In this document: one piece after another, positions 1 through 11,522 of the stretch
Layout of the letters: the number at the start of each line of letters is the position of its first letter
Position numbering within the stretch: position 1 is the stretch's first letter
DNA from: Flaccisagitta enflata
Lineage: Eukaryota
Assembly: GCA_965153355.1 (NCBI GenBank)
Contig: OZ231126.1
Location: forward strand, 4,402,001-4,466,000
DNA: 64,000 nucleotides
Reading direction: 5' to 3'
The notes under the pieces: model-generated
Databases searched by the model: none
Seen by the model: the letters and a program-made list of their open reading frames with translations, nothing else
Told to the model about the DNA's origin: nothing
Program-made: the position numbers and the translations under genes

Positions 1-154
1 TTTGGGGTCGTCCTCAGGCGATGACCAATCAGAGCCTCGATCGGCCTCACACTCTGCCTTGTAAAGTCAACGGCAGCTTTGGCAGCGTCACAGTTCGGCT
101 CGTTCCGGCGCCGAGAGGATCTGGCTGTGGATCAGCGCCTCTGGTGGTGCAAAG
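1..154 (+). CDS. Exon 1 (5'-truncated by window) of a divergent 40S ribosomal protein S2/uS5-like gene
   Basis: Frame 3 reads [50 protein letters not shown], matching the recalled eukaryotic RPS2 motif [42 protein letters not shown]. Donor AAG|GTCGGT at 155, phase 2. Confidence 0.88.
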
Positions 155-601
155 GTCGGTCAGGAGATGGCTATTCAGCAGTAGGGCATTTCGTCCGGTG
201 TCAGCGTAACGAGGGTATGGCCACGTTTCAGCTCGCCCGATGCTACGATTTAAGCTATGTGGATCCGTCGTTACAAGGAGTTAGACAAATGACAGAAGCT
301 TTTGTAGCGTCACATTCATCTTGTCCCATTCATAGGAATGTTAGACCAAAGATGGCGGCTTTCTTAGTGTCACAGATCATCTTTCTTTCTTTCTTTCTTT
401 CTTTCTTTTTCTCTTGATTTCAAGCTTGTTTTCTTTCTTGCTTTTCCTCACATTCTTGTTTTCTTCCTTTCTTTTCCTCACATTCGTGTTTTCTTCCTTT
501 CTTTTCCTCACATTCGTGTTTTCTTCCTTTCTTTCTTGCTTGCTTGCTTTCTTTCTTACTCTCTTGTTTTCTTTCTTTCTTGCTTTCTTTCTTCCTTTTT
601 T

Positions 602-641
<40 letters not shown>

Positions 642-645
642 TCAG

Positions 646-766
646 AATTTTGTTGCTGTCTGGAGTGGAAGACGCTTACTTCATTTCTCATGGCCCGACT
701 TTGGATTTGGGATTTCTGTGCAAAGCCACGCTCAACGCACTCAGAGAGACATTCGCTCATTTTCAG
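646..766 (+). CDS. Exon 2 of RPS2/uS5-like gene
   Basis: Long pyrimidine tract and TTCAG acceptor; joins exon 1 in phase to give R-ILLLSGVEDAYFISHGPTLDLGFLCKATLNALRETFAHFQ, alignable to RPS2 [40 protein letters not shown]. Donor CAG|GTGAGC, phase 0. Confidence 0.85.
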
Positions 767-1116
767 GTGAGCCACACTCAATGCACTCAGAGAGACATTC
801 GCTCATTTTCAGGTAAGCCACGCTCAACGCACTCAGAGAGACATCCGCTCATTTTCAGGGGAGCCACGTTCAACGCACTTAGAGAGACATTCGCTCATTT
901 TCAGGGGAGCCACGCTCAACGCACTTAGAGAGACATTCGCTCATTTTCAGGTGAGCCACGCTCAACGCACTTAGAGAGACATTCGCTCATTTTCAGGTGA
1001 GCCACGCTCAACGCACTCAGAGAGACATTCGCTCATTTTCAGGTGAGCCACGCTCAACGCACTCAGAGAGACATACGCTCATTTTCAGGTGAGCCACGCT
1101 CAACGCACTCAGAGAG
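724..1116 (+). repeat. 46-bp minisatellite (about 8.5 copies) made of the exon 2 3' end plus its donor
   Basis: Unit AGCCACGCTCAACGCACTCAGAGAGACATTCGCTCATTTTCAGGTG, near-identical copies; the first copy is coding. Confidence 0.95.
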
Positions 1117-1406
1117 CCATGTTAGACTGCTAGTAAATCATCTTGTCATCAATTATGACCATATATGAAAATGATTACTATCCAATGGGCTCCTTTAAAT
1201 GATTTTGTTCATTTTTCGGTGATGTTTATGGAGAAGCGCTTACTCTCAGGCATTAATCAAACGCATTTCAAATTATCCTCTCCGACCTTCGTTCCACGAT
1301 CTCCATTCATGTTTATCTCTGTTCTTTTCAAGGAGGAAGTGTTCCGCATCACTAGAGCTTCTTTCTTCTCCGATCTCCATTTATATGTATCTCTATTCTT
1401 TTCAAG

Positions 1407-1518
1407 GAGGAAGTGTTTCGTATCACTCAAGCGTCTCAGCGCCACTTAGCTCCGGAAATGGAAGAGATGCTTCCTTGGGCAAGATCTGATTTCATCCACG
1501 AAGCCGAAATGAAAAATG
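1407..1518 (+). CDS. Exon 3 of RPS2-like gene (non-ribosomal extension)
   Basis: TTCTTTTCAAG| acceptor and G|GTGAGT donor; 112 nt, phase 0 to 1, consistent with both neighbours; reads EEVFRITQASQRHLAPEMEEMLPWARSDFIHEAEMKN. Confidence 0.72.
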
Positions 1519-1734
1519 GTGAGTTTATCGGCGTATCCAATCATGCAATCATTTAAATCATCCAATCAACCAAATTTAAGAACATGTCTCTGTCCCTTCT
1601 CATCGTTGGTTCTGTTTCTTTCCGTCTTTCTAAACGACTACGCCTTTGTTTCCCGGCTGTTTTAAATATATCTTTGTTTCTTCCTTTCTTTCTGTCTTTC
1701 TTTTACTCTCTCGCTGTCTTTCTTTCATTCTCTC

Positions 1735-2175
<441 letters not shown>

Positions 2176-2865
2176 GTTAGCTTGCCTTCACCAATGCCTG
2201 CCCCAAATGCTACACCGCAGTTTGAAGCAGCACCATCAGCAAAAGTTTGTTCCTTCAAGGTAAGCTTGCCTTCGCCAGTGTCTGCCCCAAATGCTACATC
2301 GCAGTTTGAAGCAGCAGCAACAGCAAAAGTTTGTTCCTTCAAGGTAAGCTTGCATTTGCCAATGTCTGCCCCAAATTCTACATCGCAGTTTGAAGTAGCA
2401 ACAACAGCAAATGTTTGTTCCTTCAAGGTAAGTTAGCATTTGCGAGTGTTTTAGCTGCCGACGCTACATCGCAGCTTGAAGCGGCATCGACAGCAGAAGT
2501 TTGTTCATTTGAGGTAAGTTGGTGTTCGCGAATGTTTCCGCTGCAAATGCCGTTCCACAGTTTGAAACTACAATTACAGCAAAAGGTGATTCCTTCTAGA
2601 AATTTCTTCTTCTTATTCTTCTTCCCTTTCTCTGTCCTCTACTTCATCTCTCTCTCCCTCATCTCTCTTCCTCAACATCTCCCTTTTCCTCATCACCTCT
2701 CTCCTCGTCATTATCTCTCTCTTCCTCATCATCTCTCTTCCTCATCTCTTTCTTCCTCGTCATCTCTCCTCATCTCTCTCTTCTTCATCATCTCCTTCAA
2801 CTTCTACTGCTTCTCTCCTTCTTTCCTCTTTCTCTTCCTTCCTTTCTTCATAGCCCCTCCTTCAC

Positions 2866-3390
2866 TTTTTGGGCAGCGGCCCCAAAGGGCCGATGTCCTG
2901 TAGAACACAGGGGGGAATTTCCAGACGTCCGTCCGTCCATCCCCCCCCCCCCGTTGGCCATCAAGACCTCAAATTTGCCCTCCCAGCCCCCAATTTAGCC
3001 TTCGAGGCCTCAAATCAGCCTTCCAGGCTTATAATCAGCCCCCTCAGCCTCAAATCTGCCCTCCAGACCTCAAATCTGCCCTCCAGACCTTCAATTAGCC
3101 TCTTAAGCATCAAACCAGCCCTCTGTGGCTCAAATTTGCCCTCAAAACCTCAAATCTGCTCTCCAAGCCTTAATTCTGCCCTCCAGCCTTCAAATATGCC
3201 CTCAGTGGCCTAAATTAGTCATCTAAGGCCTGAAATATGACCCCTCAGGACGTCTGGAAATTCCCCCCTATGTTCTACAGGACATCGGCCCTTTGGGGCC
3301 GCTGCCCTGCTCTCACTCCACTTCATCACTGAATCACTCCCAGCAGGGCATCGGGTACCGCTGACCATGTGCGATCCTTGGATGACTAGT
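2866..3390 (+). mobile_element. Helentron/HINE-like non-autonomous element, family A
   Basis: Starts TTTTTGGGCAGCGGCCCCAAAGGGCCGATGTCCTGTAG, has a (GTCC)n tract, internal 21-bp tandem repeats, a subterminal inverted copy (CTACAGGACATCGGCCCTTTGGGGCCGCTGCCC) and a conserved 3' tail ending GGATGACTAGTT. Related copies near 4827-5402(-), 14590-15040, 30050-30480(-), 30858-31520 and 45012-45635. Confidence 0.7.
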
Positions 3391-3395
3391 TCAAT

Positions 3396-4478
3396 ATTCA
3401 TTGCCCCTCCCTCTCTTCTTCATTGCCCCTCCTTCCCTTCATTGCCCCTCCTTTCCTTCTTCATTGCCCCTCATTTCCTTCTTCATTGCCCCTCCTTCCC
3501 TTATCTATTTCCCCTCCTTCCCTTTTTCATTGCCCCTCCCTTCTTCATTGACCCTCCCTCCCTTTTTTCATGCGCCTCCTTCCTTTCTTCATTGCCCCTC
3601 CTCTCCTTCATTGCCCCTCCTTGCCTTCTTTGTTGCCCCTCCTTGCCTTCTTGATTGCCCCTCCTTTCCTTCTTTACTTCTCCTTCCCTTCTTCATTGCC
3701 CCTCCTTCCCTTCTTCATTGCCCCTCCCTTCTTCTTCATTGCCCCTCCCTTCTTCATTGCCCCTCCTTCCCTTCTCCATTGCCCCTCCTTCCCTTCTCCA
3801 TTGCCCCTCCTTCCCTTCATCATTGCCCCTCCCTTCTTCATTACCCCTCCTTGCCTTCTTCATTACCCCTCCTTGCCTTCTTCATTGCCCCTACCTTCGT
3901 TCTTCATTACCCCTCTCCTTCCTTTCTTCATTGCCCCTTCTTCATTGCCCCTCCTTCCCTTCTTCATTACCCCTTCTTCCCTTCCTCATTGCCCCTCCTT
4001 CCCTTCTTCATTGCCCCTCCTCACCTTATTCATTGCCCCTCCTCGCCTTCTTCATTGCCCCTCCTTCCCTTCTTCATTGCCCCTCCTCGCCTTCTTCATT
4101 GCCCCTCCTTCCCTTCTTCATTGCCCCTCCTTCCCTTCTTCATTGCCCCTCCTTCCCTTCTTCATTGCCCCTCCTTCCCTTCTTCATTGCCCCTCCTTCC
4201 CTTCTTCATTGCCCCTCCTTCCCTTCTTCATTGCCCCTCCTTGCCTTCTTCATTGCCCCTCCTTCCCTTCTTCATTGCCCCTCCTTCCCTTCTTCATTGC
4301 CCCTCCTCGCCTTCTTCATTGCCCCTCCTTGCCTTCTTCATTGCCCCTCCTTGCCTTCTTCATTGCCCCTCCTTCCCTTCTTCATTGCCCCTCCTTCCCT
4401 TCTTCATTGCCCCCTCCCTCTTCATTACCCCTCCAACCTTCTTCATTGCCCCTCCTGCCTTCCAATGCCCCTCCTCAG
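3396..4478 (+). repeat. 22-bp pyrimidine-rich minisatellite (TTCATTGCCCCTCCTTCCCTTC)n
   Basis: 22-aa periodicity in three overlapping ORFs; array ends at the CCTCCTCAG acceptor. Confidence 0.95.
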
Positions 4479-4684
4479 TTCTTCGATTCCGATCGAAGTC
4501 CGCTTCATTGCCCCCTGATGCGATCAACAACAACAGTAGCAACAACAACAACAACAGTGCAGCAACAGCAACAGCGGCGGCGGTAAAGATGGCGCCCCAG
4601 GCAGCGGCATCGATGGCGGAAACGAAGTCGGCGACTATGCCGGCCCTGATTCGATCTATCGTGTCAATGAAAATACCGACATGA
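4479..4684 (+). CDS. Probable exon 5 of RPS2-like gene, containing two in-frame stops as assembled
   Basis: CCTCAG| acceptor and A|GTAAGA donor; 206 nt gives phase 2 to 1, matching exons 4 and 6; frame reads SSIPIEVRFIAP*...*...SNSNSGGGKDGAPGSGIDGGNEVGDYAGPDSIYRVNENTDM. Confidence 0.55.
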
Positions 4685-4699
4685 GTAAGAAATCCAATA

Positions 4700-5461
4700 C
4701 AGTTAAATCCCGCTCCAACGGATTTTTTGAGGATCAATAAATTTTATTTGTTATAAGCAGAATTTTCTTATACCTAATAAGGCTAATATAGTAAATAAGT
4801 TAAGGAAAACAAATTGAAAGGAAAAAGAACTAGTCATCCAAGGATCGCACATGTCAGCGGTACCCGATGCCCTGCTTGGAGTGATTAGCTGAAGAAGCTG
4901 AGTGGGAGCAGGGCAGCGGCCCCAAAGGGCTGATGTCCTGTAGGACACAGGGGTAAATTTCCAGATGTCCTTAGAAAGCACATTTAAGGACTGAGTTGAT
5001 TGATTGGAGAACAGTAATGAGATTAGGGATGAGGGCAGATTTGACCCTGAGAGGGTCATTTTGAGGGCTGAATTGAGACAGATATTAGGTTTGAGAGGTC
5101 TGATTTCAGGCCTGAAATGGTTGATTTTGGGCCTGACAAGGCTGATCTAGTACCATAGTGGGCTGATTTTGGGCTTGAGTCAGCTAATTTAGGATCTAGA
5201 AGCGCTGATTTTGGGCCTGAGAGGGGTGATTTTGGGACTGAGAGGGCTGACTTGGGGCCTGAGAGGGCTGATTTGGGGTCTGAGAGGGCTGATTTGGGGC
5301 CTGAGAGGGGCCTGGGGGGGATGTACGGACATATGTACGGATGTCTGGAAATTCACCCCTGTGTCCTACAGGACATCGGCCCTTTTTGGCCGCTGCCCAA
5401 AAAGCATTGGTTCAAGGCAAAATGCCTTTAAAAGCGGGTCCGTTAGAGCGGGGTTCAACTG
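4700..5461. mobile_element. TA-flanked MITE (Tc1/mariner-like) with a nested family A element
   Basis: TIR CAGTTAAATCCCGCTCCAACGGA / TCCGTTAGAGCGGGGTTCAACTG with TA on both sides; uninterrupted copy at 36620-36796 and a degenerate copy near 7950-8101. Confidence 0.8.
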
Positions 5462-5550
5462 TACTATGAAAACATTAAATCACATAGCTTGATAAATTCA
5501 ATAATTCATTGTTTCTCTCCTTTACTTTCTGACTTTTCTGTTCATGTCAG

Positions 5551-6011
5551 CTCCGGAAGTGTGTCTCTCTCTTCGGCCTCGTCCTTCGACCGTCGAAGTC
5601 ATCACAGATCCGTCGGAAGATGGAACCGACGCCAACTCTTCTACTTCCTCCTCCTCCTCCTCCTCCTCTTCCTCCGCCGACTCTCAATTGGACTCTCCCT
5701 GGAGATCTCTAGCTCCGGCATTTAAAACCTCAATCGCCGCTGTCTCAGCCCCCGCCGCCACTGCCTTACGCTCCGCCGCCGCTACTGCCTCAGTCTTCTC
5801 CGCTACTGTCTCAGTCCCTGCCGCTACTGTCTCAGTCCCCGCCGCCACTGCCCCAGTCCTATCCGCTACTGCCCCAGTCCCAGCCGCTACGGTTGTGTCG
5901 TCTGTGGCCCCAATCATCGCCGCTGCCACTGTCTCAACCACTCCTCTTCCCCCTCCTCAAGTGGCCGATGCGTCTTCGTCATCGGAAGTGGGCTCTGCAA
6001 ACGCCGATTGA
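5551..6011 (+). CDS. Terminal exon 6 of RPS2-like gene (Ser/Ala/Thr/Pro-rich tail)
   Basis: Pyrimidine tract and GTCAG| acceptor, phase 1; GC-rich open frame PEVCLSLRPRPSTVEVITDPSEDGTDANSSTSSS...EVGSANAD*. Confidence 0.62.
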
Positions 6012-6759
6012 AGATTGGCATCGAGAGTGGGCTGTGCAATCGCCGATTGTAGGCTTTTTACGCGATTTTTTGTGTACTTGGTTTGGATTTTGGGAATGTT
6101 TGTGATGAAACCATTTGGTGGTTATTTAGGAATTCAGGTTTCACTTCAAGAAACTGGAGTTAGGAGGAAAGGGGGCATGACGTTAAATGGAGGAGGAAAG
6201 GGGGCATGACGTAAAATGGATATTCGTCGGATGTCTGTATATCGAGAAAGCTGGCACGCGCCAAAAAAAAAGACTAATGGAGGAGTGGGGGGGGGAGGGG
6301 GGGGGCAAGAACGAGAAGATCGGTTTGGTTTTATTGAGTTATTGACTTCTGTCATCGGCATCTGTGATTTTCCGTAATTTAATTAATTTGGCGCTTGCCA
6401 CATTATTTCTATTATAATTTGGCGCTTGCCACATTATAATTATCCTACGTCGCCGCGTTAACTCGCATTTTACTTTTTACAGTGTAGTGGGGTTGCGAGA
6501 GGCAAATTTATTTAAATGTATCAATTTGTTGGTGATATTGAATCCCATTATCACATTCTTTGTCGTATCGTTAGTAATTTTCCTCGGATTTCATTTTGTA
6601 AACGTCTTGTGTATTGTTTTCGATTATCTCCGTGAAAACACTCTTTTAATGGTATAATAAGAATTTTTCCCTCTTACAAATGGCTATTTGATTGTGAGCA
6701 AGGTGTAAGATAAAACAAAATTGGTTAAATCAAACAGACAAGAGTTATATCGAGCATAC

Positions 6760-7387
6760 TAACAGCTCTCAGAAATATATAGAAATTATTATTTCTTCTT
6801 GTCCATTTTATACTAGACCAATATTGACCTGAGGAATCAACTCAGACTGTTAATAATGCTCTCAGGTCGATTTTTCGATCCCCATGGCCTAAGGTTCTTA
6901 GGTCAAAAACCATATAAGGTCAAATTTTCAAAATTTGAAATGTGCATATCTGATTGCAGATTCAGAATCTTTGTAAAAAACTGTATGTTGAAAGTGCCTT
7001 TCTTTTTTTAAAATTCCGACCAGAGCATTGTCAAAATTGACGTTTTAGGTCAAAATTAGCGATTTTAAACAAAAGGGCAATTCTTACTCTATTTATACCT
7101 TTAACATCAAATTTGACAATGTTCTAGTTAGAATTTTGAAAAAAGGAAGACACTTTTAACAGGCAGTTTTTTACAAGGATTCTGAATCTGCAATCAAATA
7201 TGTATATTTCTGATTTTGAAAATTTGACTTTATATGGTTTTTGACCTGAGAACCTAAGGCCATGGGGATCGAAAAATTGACCTGAGAACATTTCTGATAG
7301 TCTGAGTGGATTCCCCACCTCAATATTGGTCTAGTCTCAAATGTACGATAACAAGTCATGATTTTTGATAATTTCTGAGAGCTGTTA
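6760..7387. mobile_element. Foldback MITE with 10-bp TSD (Mutator-like)
   Basis: Ends TAACAGCTCTCAGAAAT / ATTTCTGAGAGCTGTTA; arms complementary for roughly 280 bp; TCGAGCATAC duplicated at 6750-6759 and 7388-7397. Confidence 0.85.
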
Positions 7388-8555
7388 TCGAGCATACATT
7401 TTATCATTCAATCAGTAGATCTCTTAATAAAAATATCTGGTTGCTTCATTCATTCATCAAATTACATCCACTTGTTCATTCCTCGCGATTTGGTTTCATC
7501 CCATCCTTCATCACTCTTTTGTCGGGGTGCAAATGAAGACAAAATTTGATTTTCATTCATTACAAATTGTTATATTTAGTTCTTTGAATAGGTAATGAAA
7601 TTTGTATTTCAATTTTTCATATTCCTGATTTTATTGAAAATACTATGAAATAATTATCTAATAAAATGTTTTCATTGCATATTCAAAAAGATTGTAGTTA
7701 TGCAATAAAACGTGTATATTTCTTTCAAAAATAAGAGAAAAAATTCAGAAAGCTGGTAAAATTATAATTTTGCTTCTCAGCGCAATATTTTGCATTTCAA
7801 AATGCATGGCCCTCATCTCTCGTTCTGTATCTTTTTAGATATATGCCGTGGTTTTTGAAAATCACAATTTTTGAATCTCTATGTAAAATTATAGTTTCAT
7901 CTAGATTATGTTAGATGGTAAAATAAAAGTTTCTTTGCTGACTTTTATCCCTGTTTTAATCTCACTCAAATAGATTTCAGGGGATCAACAAATTTTATTT
8001 GTTATAAATGGAATGGAATGGAATAAAAGAGATTAAAAATTATTATCTGTTTATAAGTAAAATTTTGTTTAAAGTGGGTTTGTTGGAGCGGGGTTCAAAT
8101 GTATAGATACATTTTCTTTCATATGCAAAATTAGTTTAGATATTAACTAAATGTCGTACAAATTATTCAAATTGATAAAATTAATATTATTTGAAAAAAT
8201 ATGATGACTTATCAAATTCTGTCTTCGTTTGCACTCCGACATATTCTTGTTTATTGTCATTCTTGTAACATTTTTTTCTCACGGGCTTCATTCATTCATC
8301 CAGTTATTTTCCGAAACTTTTCTTGCCGCATAAAAGTCTATCAAGTCTATCATTCAACCAACCTTATGTATACATAAGTCACTTTATGAATAAAGTAACA
8401 CGATAGAGAGAAAAAAATAAAGGTGAAACGGTTTCGCTTTCATCACTCCCTCTTCAGAAAATAAACTCAACTAGAGAGAGGTAACCAGGATTAAATGAAG
8501 AAAAAAAACGTATCTCATGAAAGATGCTCTTATGTTCGAACCCTGAAACAATTTC

Positions 8556-8655
<100 letters not shown>

Positions 8656-8842
8656 TCTATCTCTCTCTCCTCTCTCTCTCTCTCCTTCTCTCTCTCTCTT
8701 CGGGTTCTCTTTTTTCGCTGGATTCTTCGAGGACCATCAGTGTTAGGAACAGCCTTTTGGTTTAGGGCTATCGAATTTGGCTGTTTGAGCTTCACAGTCG
8801 GCGCCGGCGGAGGAATGATAGAATCCCTCAAAATCGACCCGG

Positions 8843-8968
8843 TTAAGAAAGAATCTTAGTCCAACGGAATCTTCCTTCGAAATAAACCGGAAGTGACCCA
8901 ATTTGCTGACCGGAAGTGGCGTGGGAAAGCGTTTTCGAGCTGCCGAGAACTCTTTTCTGCCTTGTACC
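8843..8968 (-). CDS. Terminal exon of an unidentified minus-strand gene
   Basis: CCCTACGCAG| acceptor, phase 0; GTRQKRVLGSSKTLSHATSGQQIGSLPVYFEGRFRWTKILS*. Confidence 0.5.
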   Translation of the reverse strand, partial: GTRQKRVLGSSKTLSHATSGQQIGSLPVYFEGRFRWTKILS

Positions 8969-9023
8969 CTGCGTAGGGTTAAATCCAAATTGACGGTGTG
9001 ATAGGGTTTGGCTAAAAGGAAGG

Positions 9024-9099
<76 letters not shown>

Positions 9100-9150
9100 T
9101 TCGTGTGTGTTTTTCGATAGAGTATTTCCCTGCTTTTTTTTGGCTAGTTG

Positions 9151-9214
<64 letters not shown>

Positions 9215-9657
9215 GCCCAAATCTCGAGTGTCTCTGTCTCTCCCTCTCTCTAATCCATGCGCAATGCTTTTTTTTTCTACTCTTCTCTCCCTACTTCCCT
9301 AAGCCTATCTCCATCTCATCGTGAGAAAAAAAAAAAAAAAGAATCCTGATAAAGAAAGGAAGTAGATAATAAAAATTATAAAACGTTTTTTTTTTCTCCA
9401 TCGGTGGCGCGCGTTTCTTTATATTACCTTTAAACGTCTCGACGTTTTTTTGCCAACAACGCATCTCTCAAACCCTGATAGGGTAGGATTACATAGGATT
9501 ACATTGGATTACATTAGATATTATATCGTTATCGACGCATTTTTGATGATCCTGTAAATCTCGTCTCTAAAACTCGGCGTTTCAATGATACATAAACCAG
9601 GATCATCCGCCTTAGCCATGGCGCGCGCGTCTTTCGAGGCCGCGTTACATGACTGAC

Positions 9658-9771
9658 CCTAACGTCCTGAGAGTTGTTCAACATTTGCTGTGGTGAAGTC
9701 CCGATGTGGCCCGAGTCGAGGTGTAGAACGCGAACGGGATCATAGGTGTAGAAGGGGACCACAGCTTTGAC
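9658..9771 (-). CDS. Internal exon of an unidentified minus-strand gene
   Basis: AATAG| acceptor and AGG|GTCAGT donor; 114 nt, only one frame open: VKAVVPFYTYDPVRVLHLDSGHIGTSPQQMLNNSQDVR. Confidence 0.55.
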
Positions 9772-10048
9772 CTATTTTGCTGCAGATAGCCTTTTTATGT
9801 ATCCTGGCATTATGTTTATGTTGAGAAGCAGCATGATGCCCATGGCTGATTTCGGAAGCAGAAGATTTTAGGGGGAGAGTTGCGTTGGCTAGGGGTGGGT
9901 TAATGGGTTGGGTTTATGGGCAGTGAAGGTTTGAGTTGCGAGGTAGGTTTAGGTTTCGAGGTAGGGTTGGGTTTAGGGGCACAGTTAAGTTGATAGTAGT
10001 GTTGTACATCAATAAGAGCGTTAAAATAAGTGTGGCCCTCTCTTAAAC

Positions 10049-10190
10049 CTTTTTCAAGTCCAGCTTAGCGAGCTGGTCGGCTGAGATTGAATTGTTCGGC
10101 CTGTTGAACTCGGGCAAGGGCCATACTAGACTATGTATGACTTTCATTGTCTGCCAGCCGCGTGCCAAATGACTAGCGCTGTTGTCTCTC
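10049..10190 (-). CDS. Internal exon of an unidentified minus-strand gene
   Basis: CCTAG| acceptor and AAG|GTTTAA donor (weak); phase 2 to 0; RDNSASHLARGWQTMKVIHSLVWPLPEFNRPNNSISADQLAKLDLKK. Confidence 0.48.
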
Positions 10191-10194
10191 CTAG

Positions 10195-10453
10195 GCCACG
10201 GACGCATCTCTATAAGAGGCTCTGTCCGTCCGTCGGTTGGTCCGTTGGTTCATTTCGTCTGTCCAAAAATCGCGTTTCTCGGCTATTTTTGGCCACAATG
10301 AGATCTTTTGCCGAATCGACTGATCGACATCTATGTTTTGAGAGCCGCCTTGATTAAGTCGTTGTCTTTGTCTGTTTGTCCATCTGTCTCTCCTTATATG
10401 TCACATAATCAATATACGTAGGTCGGACACATCGTTGCCCGGTCGGGCTTGTT
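10195..10453 (+). mobile_element. HINE-like short element
   Basis: GACGCATCTCTATAAGAGG head, (GTCC/GTTG) tract, 3' hairpin GCCCGGTCGGGC and CTTGTT end, as in other copies in the window. Confidence 0.6.
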
Positions 10454-10484
10454 GATATTGACACCACTAAATGGTGCCGCTTAC

Positions 10485-10548
10485 CAAGAAGTAGGGCAAC
10501 ACTCGCTTCCCAACTTTTCAAATGGAATAGGACTTTGCAATGGCCGGC
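10485..10548 (-). CDS. Internal exon of an unidentified minus-strand gene
   Basis: TCTTTCTGACTTCCAG| acceptor and TTG|GTAAGC donor; phase 1 to 2; GRPLQSPIPFEKLGSECCPTSW, in frame with the next three exons. Confidence 0.5.
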
Positions 10549-11522
10549 CTGGAAGTCAGAAAGACCAGGTGGTTGCGATTGGGCTCGAGGTTGGGGCCAA
10601 GCCAAACTGATGGAATGATGGATACGATCCATGTTGTCCCCGACGAACAGTTTTCGTCGGTGACTATGTGATAGCAGTGATGTGTAGTCTGTTCGTTTGT
10701 TTGTTCATTTAAAACCTTCTCATATTTTTGGAACCAGACTTCAGAATTTTATGAAACTTTGCTGGTGTTGTTTATAGGTCAATAGGAGCTTGTGTACCAA
10801 TTTTCAGAAAAATTCACTAACTTTTACTACCCTTTGCCTATTATTTTTGTCCCACGGCAATCAGATCCGTGGGACTATGTGATGGACCTGATCGTGTGTC
10901 TGTCTGTCTGTCGTCTGTCGTTTAAAACCCTCTCATATCTTTTGAACCAGACTTCAGATGTTCATGAAACTTTGCTGGTGTTGTTTATAGGTCAATAGGA
11001 GCTTGTGTACCAATTTTCAAAAAAAATTCATTAACATTTAATACCCTTTGCCTATTATTTTTGTATAAATATTTAGCTAGGACTTAAGCGATTTACATAG
11101 GTAGAGGGTAGTAAAAGTATGTGAATTTTTTTATAATTTGGTATACAAGTAAAGGGTACTAAACAAACAACCCCTGCAAAATTCGAATTAAATCTGAAGT
11201 CTGGTTTATGAGATAACAGCTTATTTATCTAGCAACATGTTACTAGGACTTAGGCAATTTACATAGGCAAAGGGTAGTAAAGGTATGTGAATTTGTTTCT
11301 GATTTAGTATACAAGTAAAAGATATCAATTGAACAGCCCCTGCAAAATTCGAATTAAATCTGAAGTCTGTTTTATGAGATATTAGCTTATTCATGTAGTA
11401 ATATTTTACTAGGACTTCAGCAATTTTTGTTTTGAATTTTTTTTTTCTTTTTTGAAATTTTTTTTTCTTCGAAAATTTGATTTGGAATTTTTTTTTTTAT
11501 TTTTTTTTATTTTTTATTTTTT

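Noticed and set aside
21-209. Single-exon 62-aa ORF or processed RPS2 pseudogene
   Set aside because: Similarity starts upstream of the ATG, stops at a GT donor and resumes in phase at 646, so it is an intron-containing gene.
1-766. Mitochondrial MRPS5 or bacterial rpsE assignment
   Set aside because: The PHTxPCKV and VRLxPAPRG motifs fit the cytosolic eukaryotic S2 type as I recall it; no gene symbol is given because orthology is doubtful.
4516-4539. Selenocysteine or programmed readthrough at exon 5 stops
   Set aside because: Two different stops (TGA and TAG) and no SECIS recognised; indels or an alternative acceptor are simpler explanations.
8885-8920. Tandem CCGGAAGTG ETS-like promoter motifs
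   Set aside because: They fall inside the predicted minus-strand terminal exon and there is no TSS evidence.
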